In this document: positions 28,988-37,915 of the stretch, piece after piece
Layout of the letters: every line of letters starts with the position of its first letter
How positions within the stretch are numbered: the first letter of the stretch is position 1
Assembly: GCA_945928165.1 (NCBI GenBank)
Contig: CAMENE010000006.1
Location: forward strand, 5,384-69,383
Source of the DNA: an uncultured Campylobacter sp.
GTDB taxonomy: Bacteria > Campylobacterota > Campylobacteria > Campylobacterales > Campylobacteraceae
Direction of reading: 5' to 3'
DNA: 64,000 nt
Notes under the pieces: model-generated
The model's input: the letters and a program-made list of their open reading frames with translations, nothing else
The model's database searches: none
What the model was told of the DNA's origin: nothing
Made by a program: the position numbers and the translations under genes

Positions 28988-29467
28988 ATGATAATCTTAG
29001 GCATAGACCCTGGCACTAGAAACTGCGGATATGCTCTTTTAGAGCGTGAAAATGGCGGCGTCTCGTCCCCAAAAAAGCTGCTTGAAGCTGGGCTAATAAA
29101 AATCACAAAAGAAAGCCTAGAATATCAAATCACGCAGATCTGCGAGGGAATTGATCTCATCTTTAGCCAGCATAAAATCGATGAGGTCGCAATCGAAGAT
29201 ATATTTTATGCATATAATCCTCAAAGCGTGCTAAAACTAGCGCAATTTCGTGGTGCGCTTTTGCTTAAAATCATGCAAATTCACGGAAAATTCACAGCCT
29301 ACACGCCACTGCAAGTAAAAAAGGCAGTTACTGGCAACGGCAAGGCAGCAAAAGAGCAAGTAAGCTTTATGGTACGGCGTTTTTTGAGAATTCAAAAAGA
29401 GATTAAGCCTCTTGATATAACAGATGCTATTGCCATTGCGCTAGCGCATTCTTTTAATGTGCGTTAG
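28988..29467 (+). CDS. ruvC: Holliday junction resolvase RuvC
   Basis: [18 protein letters not shown]; 159 aa; ..[12 protein letters not shown] at the C-terminus. Confidence 0.93.
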   Translation: MIILGIDPGTRNCGYALLERENGGVSSPKKLLEAGLIKITKESLEYQITQICEGIDLIFSQHKIDEVAIEDIFYAYNPQSVLKLAQFRGALLLKIMQIHGKFTAYTPLQVKKAVTGNGKAAKEQVSFMVRRFLRIQKEIKPLDITDAIAIALAHSFNVR

Positions 29468-29477
29468 AAAATGAAAA

Positions 29478-29850
29478 TCTAGAATTCCTAGCTAAGTTTG
29501 CTTTAAAAAATATCCCCTAACCCCCAAAATCTAGAATTCCTAAAATAAAAAGAATGAAAATCTAGAATTCCTAATGCTAAAATTCTAGGAATTTTAGAAT
29601 TCCCTATTATGTCATCCCCCAGCCCCTTTGGGGGATCTCTATATGGAATTCTAGATTATTTGTGATGAGATCCTAGGGTCAAGTCGGAGGATGACACAAG
29701 GCAGATCAGGGAATAAGATAAGGGAATTCTAAAATTATAAAAATACCCCCTAACCCCCAAAAAAGCAGTAATTTTTAAAGCCAAATCTAGAATTCCTAAT
29801 GCTAAAATTCTAGGAATTCTAGAATTCCTGGTAAAGAATTACATTTTGAC
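29478..29850. repeat. Composite intergenic repeat block
   Basis: Palindromes, C4-5TAAC5 modules (29514..29525, 29746..29758), and GTCAT-hairpin units in both orientations. Confidence 0.9.
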
Positions 29851-29879
29851 TTCTACTCTGTCGCTCTCACACCTTAGCC

Positions 29880-30611
29880 TTATTTACAAATATATTTTGC
29901 GTCTGCGCTAGCTTTTAGGCTTTTGCTTTTTAGTTCTGGGGCTGAGATTTTTGCTGCTGCGCCACCCTCTGCTAGTCTTGCGTGGTAGTAGCCAGCACCG
30001 CCAAAGTTTAGCTCGCTTAGAGTGCAAGTTTTGTTAAAATCGCTGCTTAGATTTTGCGCTGCGTTAGTGGCTGCTGCGCTAAGTGCGCTTTTTAACTCGC
30101 TTTGATTTTTTGCCTCAGCTTCAGCACTAAATGCTGGATTTATCGCACTTAGATGAAGTTTTACCACGCTTGATTTGATTAGATTTTCTATATCAGCGAT
30201 TAGTTTGTTGTATTGTTCTAGCTTGTTAGCACTAAACTTACAAGCTAGCTGGGAGCTAAGCGAGAGCGTATTTACACCCTCTTTATTCATTTCATTATAG
30301 GTTTGATACGCACCGCCTGTGCAAAGCCCATTTTCTTTAACAAGCGTTAAAATACCGCTAAAATGAGCATTTATCATGCTTTTATCATCATCGCTGATAT
30401 TTTTGGCATAAAAGCTAGGATAAGAGATGTAAATATCAGGCGTAGCCTCTATACTAGCGCTGATTTGTTCGTTTATAACTAGTTCGCTACTAGAGCTTTG
30501 TGAGCTTTGTGAGCCTTTTATCACATTTACAAACTCGCCAAAAAGCGAGCCAAGCACAAAAACAATAAGGGCTAAAATACCACCAAGAATTGTAAATAAG
30601 AAATTTTTCAT
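29880..30611 (-). CDS. Membrane-anchored periplasmic protein (SIMPL/DUF541-like, tentative)
   Basis: 243 aa with an N-terminal TM anchor; the family assignment is only by general resemblance. Confidence 0.45.
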   Translation of the reverse strand: MKNFLFTILGGILALIVFVLGSLFGEFVNVIKGSQSSQSSSSELVINEQISASIEATPDIYISYPSFYAKNISDDDKSMINAHFSGILTLVKENGLCTGGAYQTYNEMNKEGVNTLSLSSQLACKFSANKLEQYNKLIADIENLIKSSVVKLHLSAINPAFSAEAEAKNQSELKSALSAAATNAAQNLSSDFNKTCTLSELNFGGAGYYHARLAEGGAAAKISAPELKSKSLKASADAKYICK

Positions 30612-30680
30612 TTTTTCTCCTTTTTTAAAGCAAATTATAAGTTAATTTTGTTTAAAATAAGCTTTTTATTTATAATTTGT

Positions 30681-30758
30681 GCCTAGGTAGCTCAGCTGGT
30701 TTAGAGCGCTGGTCTCATAAGCCGGAGGTCGGGAGTTCAAGTCTCCCCTTAGGCACCA
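30681..30758 (+). tRNA. tRNA with CAU anticodon (Met, or Ile2 if lysidine-modified)
   Basis: Hand-folded cloverleaf: acceptor GCCTAGG/CTTAGGC, D arm GCTC..GAGC, anticodon loop CTCATAA, T arm GGGAG-TTCAAGT-CTCCC, encoded CCA. The TAGAGCGC..AGGTC body resembles Ile tRNAs more than elongator Met. Confidence 0.9.
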
Positions 30759-30949
30759 TTTCACAAAAATTATCTTTTATTAAAAATTACTTAAACTTAC
30801 TGAAATTACGAAATAACAAGCATTTCAGGCTTTTTTGTTATTATTCAAAATTATTGTATATTACTATTTATTTTTATGCTATAATTCAAAAAACTTATAT
30901 TAAGTGCGTATATTAGAATTTTATAATATCGTATATTACAAGGGCGAAG

Positions 30950-31069
30950 ATGGCAAAAATAATTGAAAGGCTAGAGCAAAAGCAATGCGAGCTAGCACAG
31001 CCAAAAGAAAAGGCTTATCTATTAAAGGCACCATTTATCTTATTATTTCATAATTTCACCATTTTTTAA
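30950..31069 (+). pseudogene. Possible 5' remnant of a tRNA-associated phage-type integrase
   Basis: 39-codon ORF MAKIIERLEQKQCELAQPKEKAYLLK.. resembles integrase N-termini (..PKEK.Y.L.D). It breaks exactly where an 11-bp copy of the tRNA 3' end (AGGCACCATTT, 31026..31036) occurs. Confidence 0.3.
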
Positions 31070-31110
31070 GACTTTTTATAAGGCAAGAAGCAAATTAAGG
31101 CAAGAAGCAA

Positions 31111-33429
31111 ATGTTTAAAAAAAACGAAGCACTAGTATTTAGCACCGCAAGGGCTCTAAGAGAGTATAAAAAAAGCCTTTTTGGCTTTGATGTAGCTTTG
31201 AATAAATGCTATGATTTGGGCGAGTTTTTTGAGCGAGTTATCATCGTAAATGGGCTAAAAAAAGCAGACACCGCCACCAAACTCTACTGCCTAAAAAACG
31301 CTATTTCAAGCGTAAAAGAAGCAAAAGAAGCTTTAGGAATTCCTAGTGAGTTTTTTGCTTTTTTGAAGTGTAGCGAGTATATTTTTAGCTTTTTTAAAGA
31401 ACTTTGTCTTTTTGGCGTTAGTATAGAAAAAATCGAGCTAAAAGACACTTATGATAACTTTGGCGAGCATTTGAAAATTCTAGATAAACTCTTTAAAGAA
31501 TATGAAAAAAATCTTAAAGCAAAGGGCTTTTATGATGAAATAAGCAGTGATTATGAGATAAATGATAGTTTTATCAAAGAGTTTTCTAGCATAAAAATCT
31601 TTCTTGATGGAATTCCATCAAAGCATGAAATAAAAGTATTTGAAAAGATTTCACAATTTTGCGAGCTAAAACTAGGTTTTAAAACCACGGAATTTAACTT
31701 TAAGCTTCAAAATTTAATAACAGAAAGCTTTAACATATCTTTAAAAAATGGCTTTGAATACGAAATAAATGCTAGTAAAAATGAAATCATAAGCGAAGAA
31801 AAGTTGGCGCCAAAAAAACCTGAAAGCATAAGAGTTCAGGGCTTTAGCGAGCGTAGTTTGCAATGCGCTTTTGTCTTTGATGAGATTTCACGCATGATAA
31901 GAGCAGGTCTAAAAGCTGATGAAATAGCTGTGATTTTGCCTGATGAGAGCTTTGCGCAGATACTTAGAAACATAGATGAAAATAATATGCTAAACTACGC
32001 AATGGGCAAAAGTGTGCGAGATGAGCTTGCTTTTTGCGTGCTAAATGCTGTGCAAAATACGCTAAAAAAAGACACTGCCTATCACTACGAGACAAAATAT
32101 CTAGAATTTTTTAAAAACTCTTATGAAAACCCCGCTGATTTTGGCGCAATTAATGAGCTTTTAAAGCCACTTTATGAGCATAGCACAAATTCTAGCGAGC
32201 TAGAAAATGTTTTTAGCAAAGAGCTTTTTAGCCTTGAAATGCTAAGCAAAAACTTACAAACTCTAAAAACCAAAGAGGTCTTAGAATTAATCTTAGATGC
32301 GCTTAGCAAGACAAGTGTAAGCCTAAGTGGCGGCGGAGCTGTGACAGCCATGGGTCTGCTAGAAAGCCGTGGCGCAAAGCCAAAAGGCGTGATAATCGTG
32401 GATTTTAACGATGATACCCTTCCAAAACGCTCACAAAAAGAGCTGTTTTTAAGCTCAAAGATTAGAGCTAGTGCAGGGCTTATTAGCCACAAAGATAGAG
32501 AAAATTTACAAAAAGGCTACTATAATGCGCTAATAAACGGCGCAAAATACCTTAGCATAAGCTTTACGCAAAATGAGCAAAGCGTCAAATCTAGGTTTTT
32601 AAAAGAACTAGGACTTGATGAGTGCGAGCTAAAAAATGATGAGAAAAACTATGAAATTGCTCTAGCTAAACCTGAGAGAATTCTAGAATTCCTAAAGCCA
32701 AATTTGCGCATAAAGCATGATTTTTTTGCTTCTGCGCTTTCTTTTTCTCGCCTTAATGCTTTTATGAAATGCCACGAGCTATACTATTACAAATACATTT
32801 TAGGGCTAAAAGAGCCAAGAAACCTTGGAGCTTTAAGGGACAGCGCAGATTTTGGCACTACTATTCATGGCGCATTAGCAAGGTATTTTAGCGAGCACAA
32901 AGACAGCTGTGATTATAAGCTACTTTGCTTTATGCTTGATAATGCCTTTAAAGCAAGCTCTAGCATAGATGAGCTTGAGTTTGAGATGCTAAAAGAGAGA
33001 TTAAAGCGTTTTTGCGAGCTACAAAACGAGCATTTTAGCAAGGGTTGGAGAGTAAGTGCGTGTGAAAAAGAGCTAAATAACGAGTTTTGTGGGATAAAAA
33101 TCGAGGGCAAAATCGACCGCATAGATATAAATGAAAACGGCGAGCTTTGCGTGATTGATTATAAAACCGGCTCTTTGCCTAAAAACGACTTACAATTACA
33201 ATTTTATAAGGCACTAAGTGGGGCAAGCAAGGGGTATTTTATAGACTTAAAAGAGAGTATGGACTTTGATGAGAAAAAACCAAGCCAAAGATCAAAGCCA
33301 GTAATCTTAGAAGATGAAATACAAAAGATAAAAGACTTTTTTGCTGGGCAAAATGATGGTTTTGTTTGCAGCTGTGGGGGCAAAGAACATGGCTACTCGT
33401 TTAAAGAGCTTTTAAAGGGGCAATTATGA
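31111..33429 (+). CDS. addB: AddB-like PD-(D/E)XK nuclease subunit of the AddAB helicase-nuclease
   Basis: 772 aa. C-terminal GKIDRIDINENGELCVIDYKTG nuclease motif. 4-nt overlap with the following UvrD-type helicase gene. Confidence 0.7.
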   Translation: MFKKNEALVFSTARALREYKKSLFGFDVALNKCYDLGEFFERVIIVNGLKKADTATKLYCLKNAISSVKEAKEALGIPSEFFAFLKCSEYIFSFFKELCLFGVSIEKIELKDTYDNFGEHLKILDKLFKEYEKNLKAKGFYDEISSDYEINDSFIKEFSSIKIFLDGIPSKHEIKVFEKISQFCELKLGFKTTEFNFKLQNLITESFNISLKNGFEYEINASKNEIISEEKLAPKKPESIRVQGFSERSLQCAFVFDEISRMIRAGLKADEIAVILPDESFAQILRNIDENNMLNYAMGKSVRDELAFCVLNAVQNTLKKDTAYHYETKYLEFFKNSYENPADFGAINELLKPLYEHSTNSSELENVFSKELFSLEMLSKNLQTLKTKEVLELILDALSKTSVSLSGGGAVTAMGLLESRGAKPKGVIIVDFNDDTLPKRSQKELFLSSKIRASAGLISHKDRENLQKGYYNALINGAKYLSISFTQNEQSVKSRFLKELGLDECELKNDEKNYEIALAKPERILEFLKPNLRIKHDFFASALSFSRLNAFMKCHELYYYKYILGLKEPRNLGALRDSADFGTTIHGALARYFSEHKDSCDYKLLCFMLDNAFKASSSIDELEFEMLKERLKRFCELQNEHFSKGWRVSACEKELNNEFCGIKIEGKIDRIDINENGELCVIDYKTGSLPKNDLQLQFYKALSGASKGYFIDLKESMDFDEKKPSQRSKPVILEDEIQKIKDFFAGQNDGFVCSCGGKEHGYSFKELLKGQL

Positions 33430-36215
33430 AAGAAAATAAAAGATTTCTAGCACTAGAAGCCAGTGCTGGCAGCGGCAAAACCTCAAGTCTAGCGGTGCGC
33501 TTTGTAGCCTTAATCCTAGATAAGCAAAATGGGCGCTACCCTATTATCTCAAATATCCTAGCTATAACCTTTACAAACAAAGCCGCAAACGAGATGAAAG
33601 AAAAAATCATCAAAACATTTTTAAGTCCGCAAAACTACGAGCTTAGCGATATTTCAGCCTTGCTTGAAATCAGTGTTGATGAGGTAAAAAACCGCTTAAA
33701 AAATAGACAAAGTGATTTTTTATCTAGCGAGCTAAAAATCTACACCTTTGATGCATTTTTTGCGCAAATATTACGGCAATTTAGTTTAAATGTAGGACTT
33801 TTGCCTGATTTTAGCAATGGAGAAAATCTAGAAAATCTCATAAACCAAAACCTAATAAAACTACTAAGCAAAGACGAGATAAAAGCCCTAGCAAGCTTCA
33901 TACTCTCAGCAAATTTTAAAACCGCTGCGAACTTTTTAGAGGTTGCAAAGCAAATGAGCGAGTATGATATAGAAAGCTCTCTAGCCCCTGCGCCCTCTCA
34001 AAGCGCAGTGTGGCAAGCATATGATGAGCTAAAAAAAGCCGCACTTTTAGTTTGTGAGAAAAAAGGCGTAAATGCTTTTAATGAAGTAAAAAACATAAAA
34101 GATTTTTACAAACTTCTTTTTGATGAAAAAGAGGCAAAAACAGCTAAAAAGGCTATAGATAAATGTCCCTTTGAAAAAGAGATTCTAATAAATGCGCTAA
34201 AAGCTTATTATCAGGACTTTTGCGCTCATAAGATTTCTAGCTTTTTTGAAGAGCTTAAAAAATACAAAAAAGCCAGAACCCAGGCGATAAAGGCAAAAAA
34301 TGCTATGGATTTTAGCGATGTTTGCGCTTTTGTTTATGAGCTGCTTAGAAATGAAGATAAGAAATTTGAGCCAAATGAGCTGTATTTTAGGCTTGATGGT
34401 CGCATTGATGATATTTTAATTGATGAGTTTCAAGATACAAATGCTAGGCAGTTTGAGACGCTTTTGCCACTAATTGCTGAGATTTTTGCTGGATATGGGC
34501 AAAATGAAAGGCTAGGAAGCTTTTTTTATGTAGGCGATAAAAAGCAGAGCATTTATGCTTTTCGTGGGTCGCACAAAGAGATTTTTGATTATATTAAAGA
34601 CAGCTGTTTTAAGCAAATCAAGCTTGAGGGCTTAAATATAAATCGCAGAAGCACTGCTAGCATAGTAGATTTTGTAAATGAGACCTTTAGTGGCAAAATT
34701 GATGGCTATAAAGCTCAACTAAAAGATGAAACTAACCTTGGCAAAGTGGCTGGACTTGTGGATATTTCAAGCTTTGAGTATGATAAAAATGAGAAAAATG
34801 ATGAGAGCTTTTTTGCCCTGCTTGATAGCAAGGTAGATTTTTTGCGAGGGAAGGGCATAAAACCTAGCCAAATCCACATTTTATGCTGGCAAAATGAAGA
34901 AATAGCCTATATCAAAGAGCATTTACAAAGCCGTGGCATAAAGGTCGCAAGTAGCGCAAAAGAGCTAAAAGCAAGCACGCAAATTCAAATTTTGCTAGCC
35001 TATCTTAGAGCTTGTTTGTGCCCTGATGAGAGTGAATATTTTTGCGAGTTTTTAGCTCGCTTTGGCATCAGCGCAAAACCTAAAAAACTAGCATTCAATG
35101 ACCCTGCTCGCACGCTAAAAATGCTAGGCAAAGAACTAGGGCTAAATTATCTAAGCAAAAACTGCTTAAAACTCTATGAAATCGCTGCTAGCACTAATGA
35201 TATTTATGAGTTTTTTTATAAAATCCAAAGCGATACCACCCCAGCTAGCGATACTGATGAGGGCGGCGTAAATATCCTAACAGTTCACAAAAGCAAAGGT
35301 CTAAGCTTGGAGCATTGTATTGTTTGCGATAGATTTGGCAAGGGCAGAAACGATGATAGCGTGTTTTTAAGCCACTACGACCTAAAAAGCGAAAAGTGGC
35401 AAATCACGCTAAATGAAAGAATTCTAGAATTCCTAGGCGATAAAAACTACAAAAACATAAAGGCAAAAATAGAAAAAATAGCTGGTGATGAGAGATTAAA
35501 TAAGCTTTATGTCGCATTCACTAGGGCAAAATACAGCCTTTTTATCATCGCAAGAAATGGCGGCGATGGCAACGCTCCAAGCTACTTTAAGCCCTATACT
35601 AGCGGTGGGCAGATAAAAGAAGTGCTTGATCTAAAAGATGGTGTGCGTGGGGAGTTTTTCGCTGGCGAAAATAAGCAAGATGAGAGCTTATTTAGCGAGC
35701 CTTGCGCGGCTTTTGAGAGTATCCCGTGCCAAGAGGTGCCGATAAAAGAAGGCACAAGACCCGGCGCAGGGCTAAAAAATATTTATTTTGGACAGGCTTT
35801 ACACTACGCTTTTGAACTTAGCGGAGAGTTTGATAAAAAGGGCATTAAACAAGGTCTAGCTCTAGCAAAAAACAAATTTGGCTACTTGCTTGATGAAGAG
35901 GCATTTTCTAGCTTAAAAGCTAAAATAACAAGCTTTGCAGAGCTTAAAAAGCAGAAGTTTGCGGACTTTAAGGACTATTTTAAAGAACAAGAGCTGATTT
36001 TTAAAGGCAAGCTTTTGCGCCTTGATGCGCTGTTTTTGGGTGAAAATGAGGCTGTGATTTTGGACTTTAAAAGCTCGACACAAGCTGCTAAAAACAGCAG
36101 CGAGCAGATGAAGCTATACAAAAACGCAGTAGAAGCTATCTACAAAAAACCCGCAACAGCGTATTTTGTGACATTTAGGGGCGATGAGTGCTATTTAAAG
36201 GACTTGGAATTCTAG
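33426..36215 (+). CDS. addA: AddA-like UvrD/Rep-family helicase-nuclease
   Basis: 929 aa. ASAGSGKTSSL Walker A, IDEFQDTN motif II, TVHKSKGL, and C-terminal RLDALF..ILDFKSS nuclease motif. Confidence 0.85.
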   Translation: MKENKRFLALEASAGSGKTSSLAVRFVALILDKQNGRYPIISNILAITFTNKAANEMKEKIIKTFLSPQNYELSDISALLEISVDEVKNRLKNRQSDFLSSELKIYTFDAFFAQILRQFSLNVGLLPDFSNGENLENLINQNLIKLLSKDEIKALASFILSANFKTAANFLEVAKQMSEYDIESSLAPAPSQSAVWQAYDELKKAALLVCEKKGVNAFNEVKNIKDFYKLLFDEKEAKTAKKAIDKCPFEKEILINALKAYYQDFCAHKISSFFEELKKYKKARTQAIKAKNAMDFSDVCAFVYELLRNEDKKFEPNELYFRLDGRIDDILIDEFQDTNARQFETLLPLIAEIFAGYGQNERLGSFFYVGDKKQSIYAFRGSHKEIFDYIKDSCFKQIKLEGLNINRRSTASIVDFVNETFSGKIDGYKAQLKDETNLGKVAGLVDISSFEYDKNEKNDESFFALLDSKVDFLRGKGIKPSQIHILCWQNEEIAYIKEHLQSRGIKVASSAKELKASTQIQILLAYLRACLCPDESEYFCEFLARFGISAKPKKLAFNDPARTLKMLGKELGLNYLSKNCLKLYEIAASTNDIYEFFYKIQSDTTPASDTDEGGVNILTVHKSKGLSLEHCIVCDRFGKGRNDDSVFLSHYDLKSEKWQITLNERILEFLGDKNYKNIKAKIEKIAGDERLNKLYVAFTRAKYSLFIIARNGGDGNAPSYFKPYTSGGQIKEVLDLKDGVRGEFFAGENKQDESLFSEPCAAFESIPCQEVPIKEGTRPGAGLKNIYFGQALHYAFELSGEFDKKGIKQGLALAKNKFGYLLDEEAFSSLKAKITSFAELKKQKFADFKDYFKEQELIFKGKLLRLDALFLGENEAVILDFKSSTQAAKNSSEQMKLYKNAVEAIYKKPATAYFVTFRGDECYLKDLEF

Positions 36216-36509
36216 AATTCCTTAAAATTCGTCATCGCAAAAATCGCCGTCATCGCCAGGCTTTGAAAAAGAGGGAGCAATCTCTAGGAATTCCACACTT
36301 TATTAAACCTTATTTATTAAACATTGTTTATTAAGTCTTGGGCGAGATTGCTTCGGTCGCTTTGCCCCTCGCAATGACAAAATTACCTTAATGACGGAAT
36401 TCTAGATTTTATGGTAATTGTTTAAATTACTAAAAAAAGGAATTCTAGAATTAAGAATTCTAGAATTCCCTAGCTCTTTAAGCTAGATATTTTAGCTTAT
36501 GGTTTATTT
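36216..36509. repeat. Composite repeat block; its right ~110 bp (36397..36509) is the duplicated pilin 3' flank
   Basis: gtcat..gcaatctc units in both orientations. 36397..36500 is nearly identical to the reverse complement of 2741..2845. Confidence 0.9.
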
Positions 36510-37016
36510 TTATTTATTATTTAGCGGCGCGACTGTTGCTGCCCCCCCATTGCTACTACTGTTGTTGGTTGTTGGTTTTGTATAAACGCTTGTGCTTGAG
36601 CCGACAGCTATACCATTATTAGTACCATCTATTTTTGCCTGAAAATAATCGTTTATAGGTTGTGAAGCTAGAACTTGAGCGCAAACACCAGTTGGACTAT
36701 CCTTTTTACTGAAAACAATGTGAGCTGGTGTAGTGCCATTTTTATTTACCAACTGAACACCGATGCACTCTTCTTTACCACTACCAACTGTTAGGTATGC
36801 TACAGTTGTAGTCTCAGTTTCACTAGTGTTTAGAGGAGATACATTTGTGATATCTTTCCATTTAGCATCAGTACCGCCAGGACTAAATGTACCTTGTGCT
36901 ACATAGTAACCACTAGCGTCGCTTATTAGTGTGCGTAGGTTAGCAACAGCAGTTGAGATTTCAGCATCTTCTCTTGTAGCAGCTAGGCGAGGGATGGCGA
37001 CACTAGCTAGAATTCC
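36510..37016 (-). pseudogene. 5'-truncated, promoterless paralog of the pilin-like gene (silent cassette candidate)
   Basis: Frame opens right after a TAA at GILASVAIPRLAATREDAEISTAVANLRTLISDASGYY.. and runs to ..NGGAATVAPLNNK*. It lacks the start codon and the MKKGFSMTELIFVIVIL leader. A 30-nt block is identical to 1842..1871. Confidence 0.8.
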
Positions 37017-37170
37017 TTAAAATTCGTCATTGCGAGCGAAGCGAAGCAATCTCATTATTAAGCCTTAAAATTCGTCATTGCTTCGTCTCACTCACTCCGC
37101 CCAGGTGACTGAACTTCCAAAATCACGGAATTACGAAATTTTAAAGGGAATTCTAGAATTCCCCCTTCGC
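37017..37170. repeat. Composite repeat block abutting the truncated pilin copy
   Basis: gtcattgcgagcgaagcgaagcaatctc (37026..37053) with overlapping GCGAAGC heptamers, then a reversed unit and a palindrome. Confidence 0.9.
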
Positions 37171-37223
37171 TTTTTTATAGTTTTAGCATAATCCTATGCT
37201 ATCTTTTACTTTTCCGTTTTCGT

Positions 37224-37784
37224 CTAAATATAGTTTTTTAGTTTTTCATAGCGCGCTGGATTGCTTTTTGCGTTTTCTATCGTTTTCATAATTTGCGCAT
37301 CACGACTTAGTTTGCTGTCTTTGCTCTCTTTTAGCTTGTCTAGCTCGTCTTTGCCTTTTTGGCTAAGTTTTGCCCTTACTTCATTTGCGCTTTTTAGCAG
37401 CTTATCTCTCATCTCATAGCTAGCTTTTAACTCAGGGCTAAAACTCTCTCTCATTTCTAGCTCCCCACTCTCATTTGGGATAGAATTCTCAGCGGAGTTT
37501 AAAGGCAGAGTCTTGCCTTTTGTAAAGCCGTTAGAGTTGATAATCTTATTGGCTTCTCTAATATCATCATAAGCCGTAATTATCCACTTATTAGTCGTCG
37601 GCTCTCCTTTCCAGTTTTGCTTTAACCCAACCTTATAAATTTTGTTATTTTTGGTTTCATAAGTAATTGTTGCCCTGCCATTTTTATCTATTTTTATTTT
37701 TCCGTTACTAATTATCTCATTTAAGCCATTTATTAATTTTTCTTGCGGTGTATTTCCGTAAAAACCAGGTTCTTTTACACTCAC
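37224..37784 (-). CDS. Hypothetical protein, possibly a 5'-truncated fragment
   Basis: 186 aa. GTG start immediately after a stop with no SD, abutting a repeat block. C-terminal half is a charged coiled coil. No family recognised. Confidence 0.4.
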   Translation of the reverse strand: MSVKEPGFYGNTPQEKLINGLNEIISNGKIKIDKNGRATITYETKNNKIYKVGLKQNWKGEPTTNKWIITAYDDIREANKIINSNGFTKGKTLPLNSAENSIPNESGELEMRESFSPELKASYEMRDKLLKSANEVRAKLSQKGKDELDKLKESKDSKLSRDAQIMKTIENAKSNPARYEKLKNYI

Positions 37785-37794
37785 TTAACTGCTT

Positions 37795-37915
37795 GAAATT
37801 CTAGAATTCCCAGCCAAATTCTAGAATTTCTAAGTAAAAAATACCCCTAACCCTGGGCCAGCGGATGCGAAGTAAAAAACTAATTCTAGAATTCCTAAAC
37901 AAATTCTAGAATTAC
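37795..37915. repeat. Palindrome cluster with C4TAAC3 module
   Basis: Direct reading. Confidence 0.9.

Noticed and set aside
30677..30916. 79-aa ORF overlapping the tRNA.
   Set aside because: It starts inside the tRNA gene and continues into AT-rich spacer, so it is an artifact.
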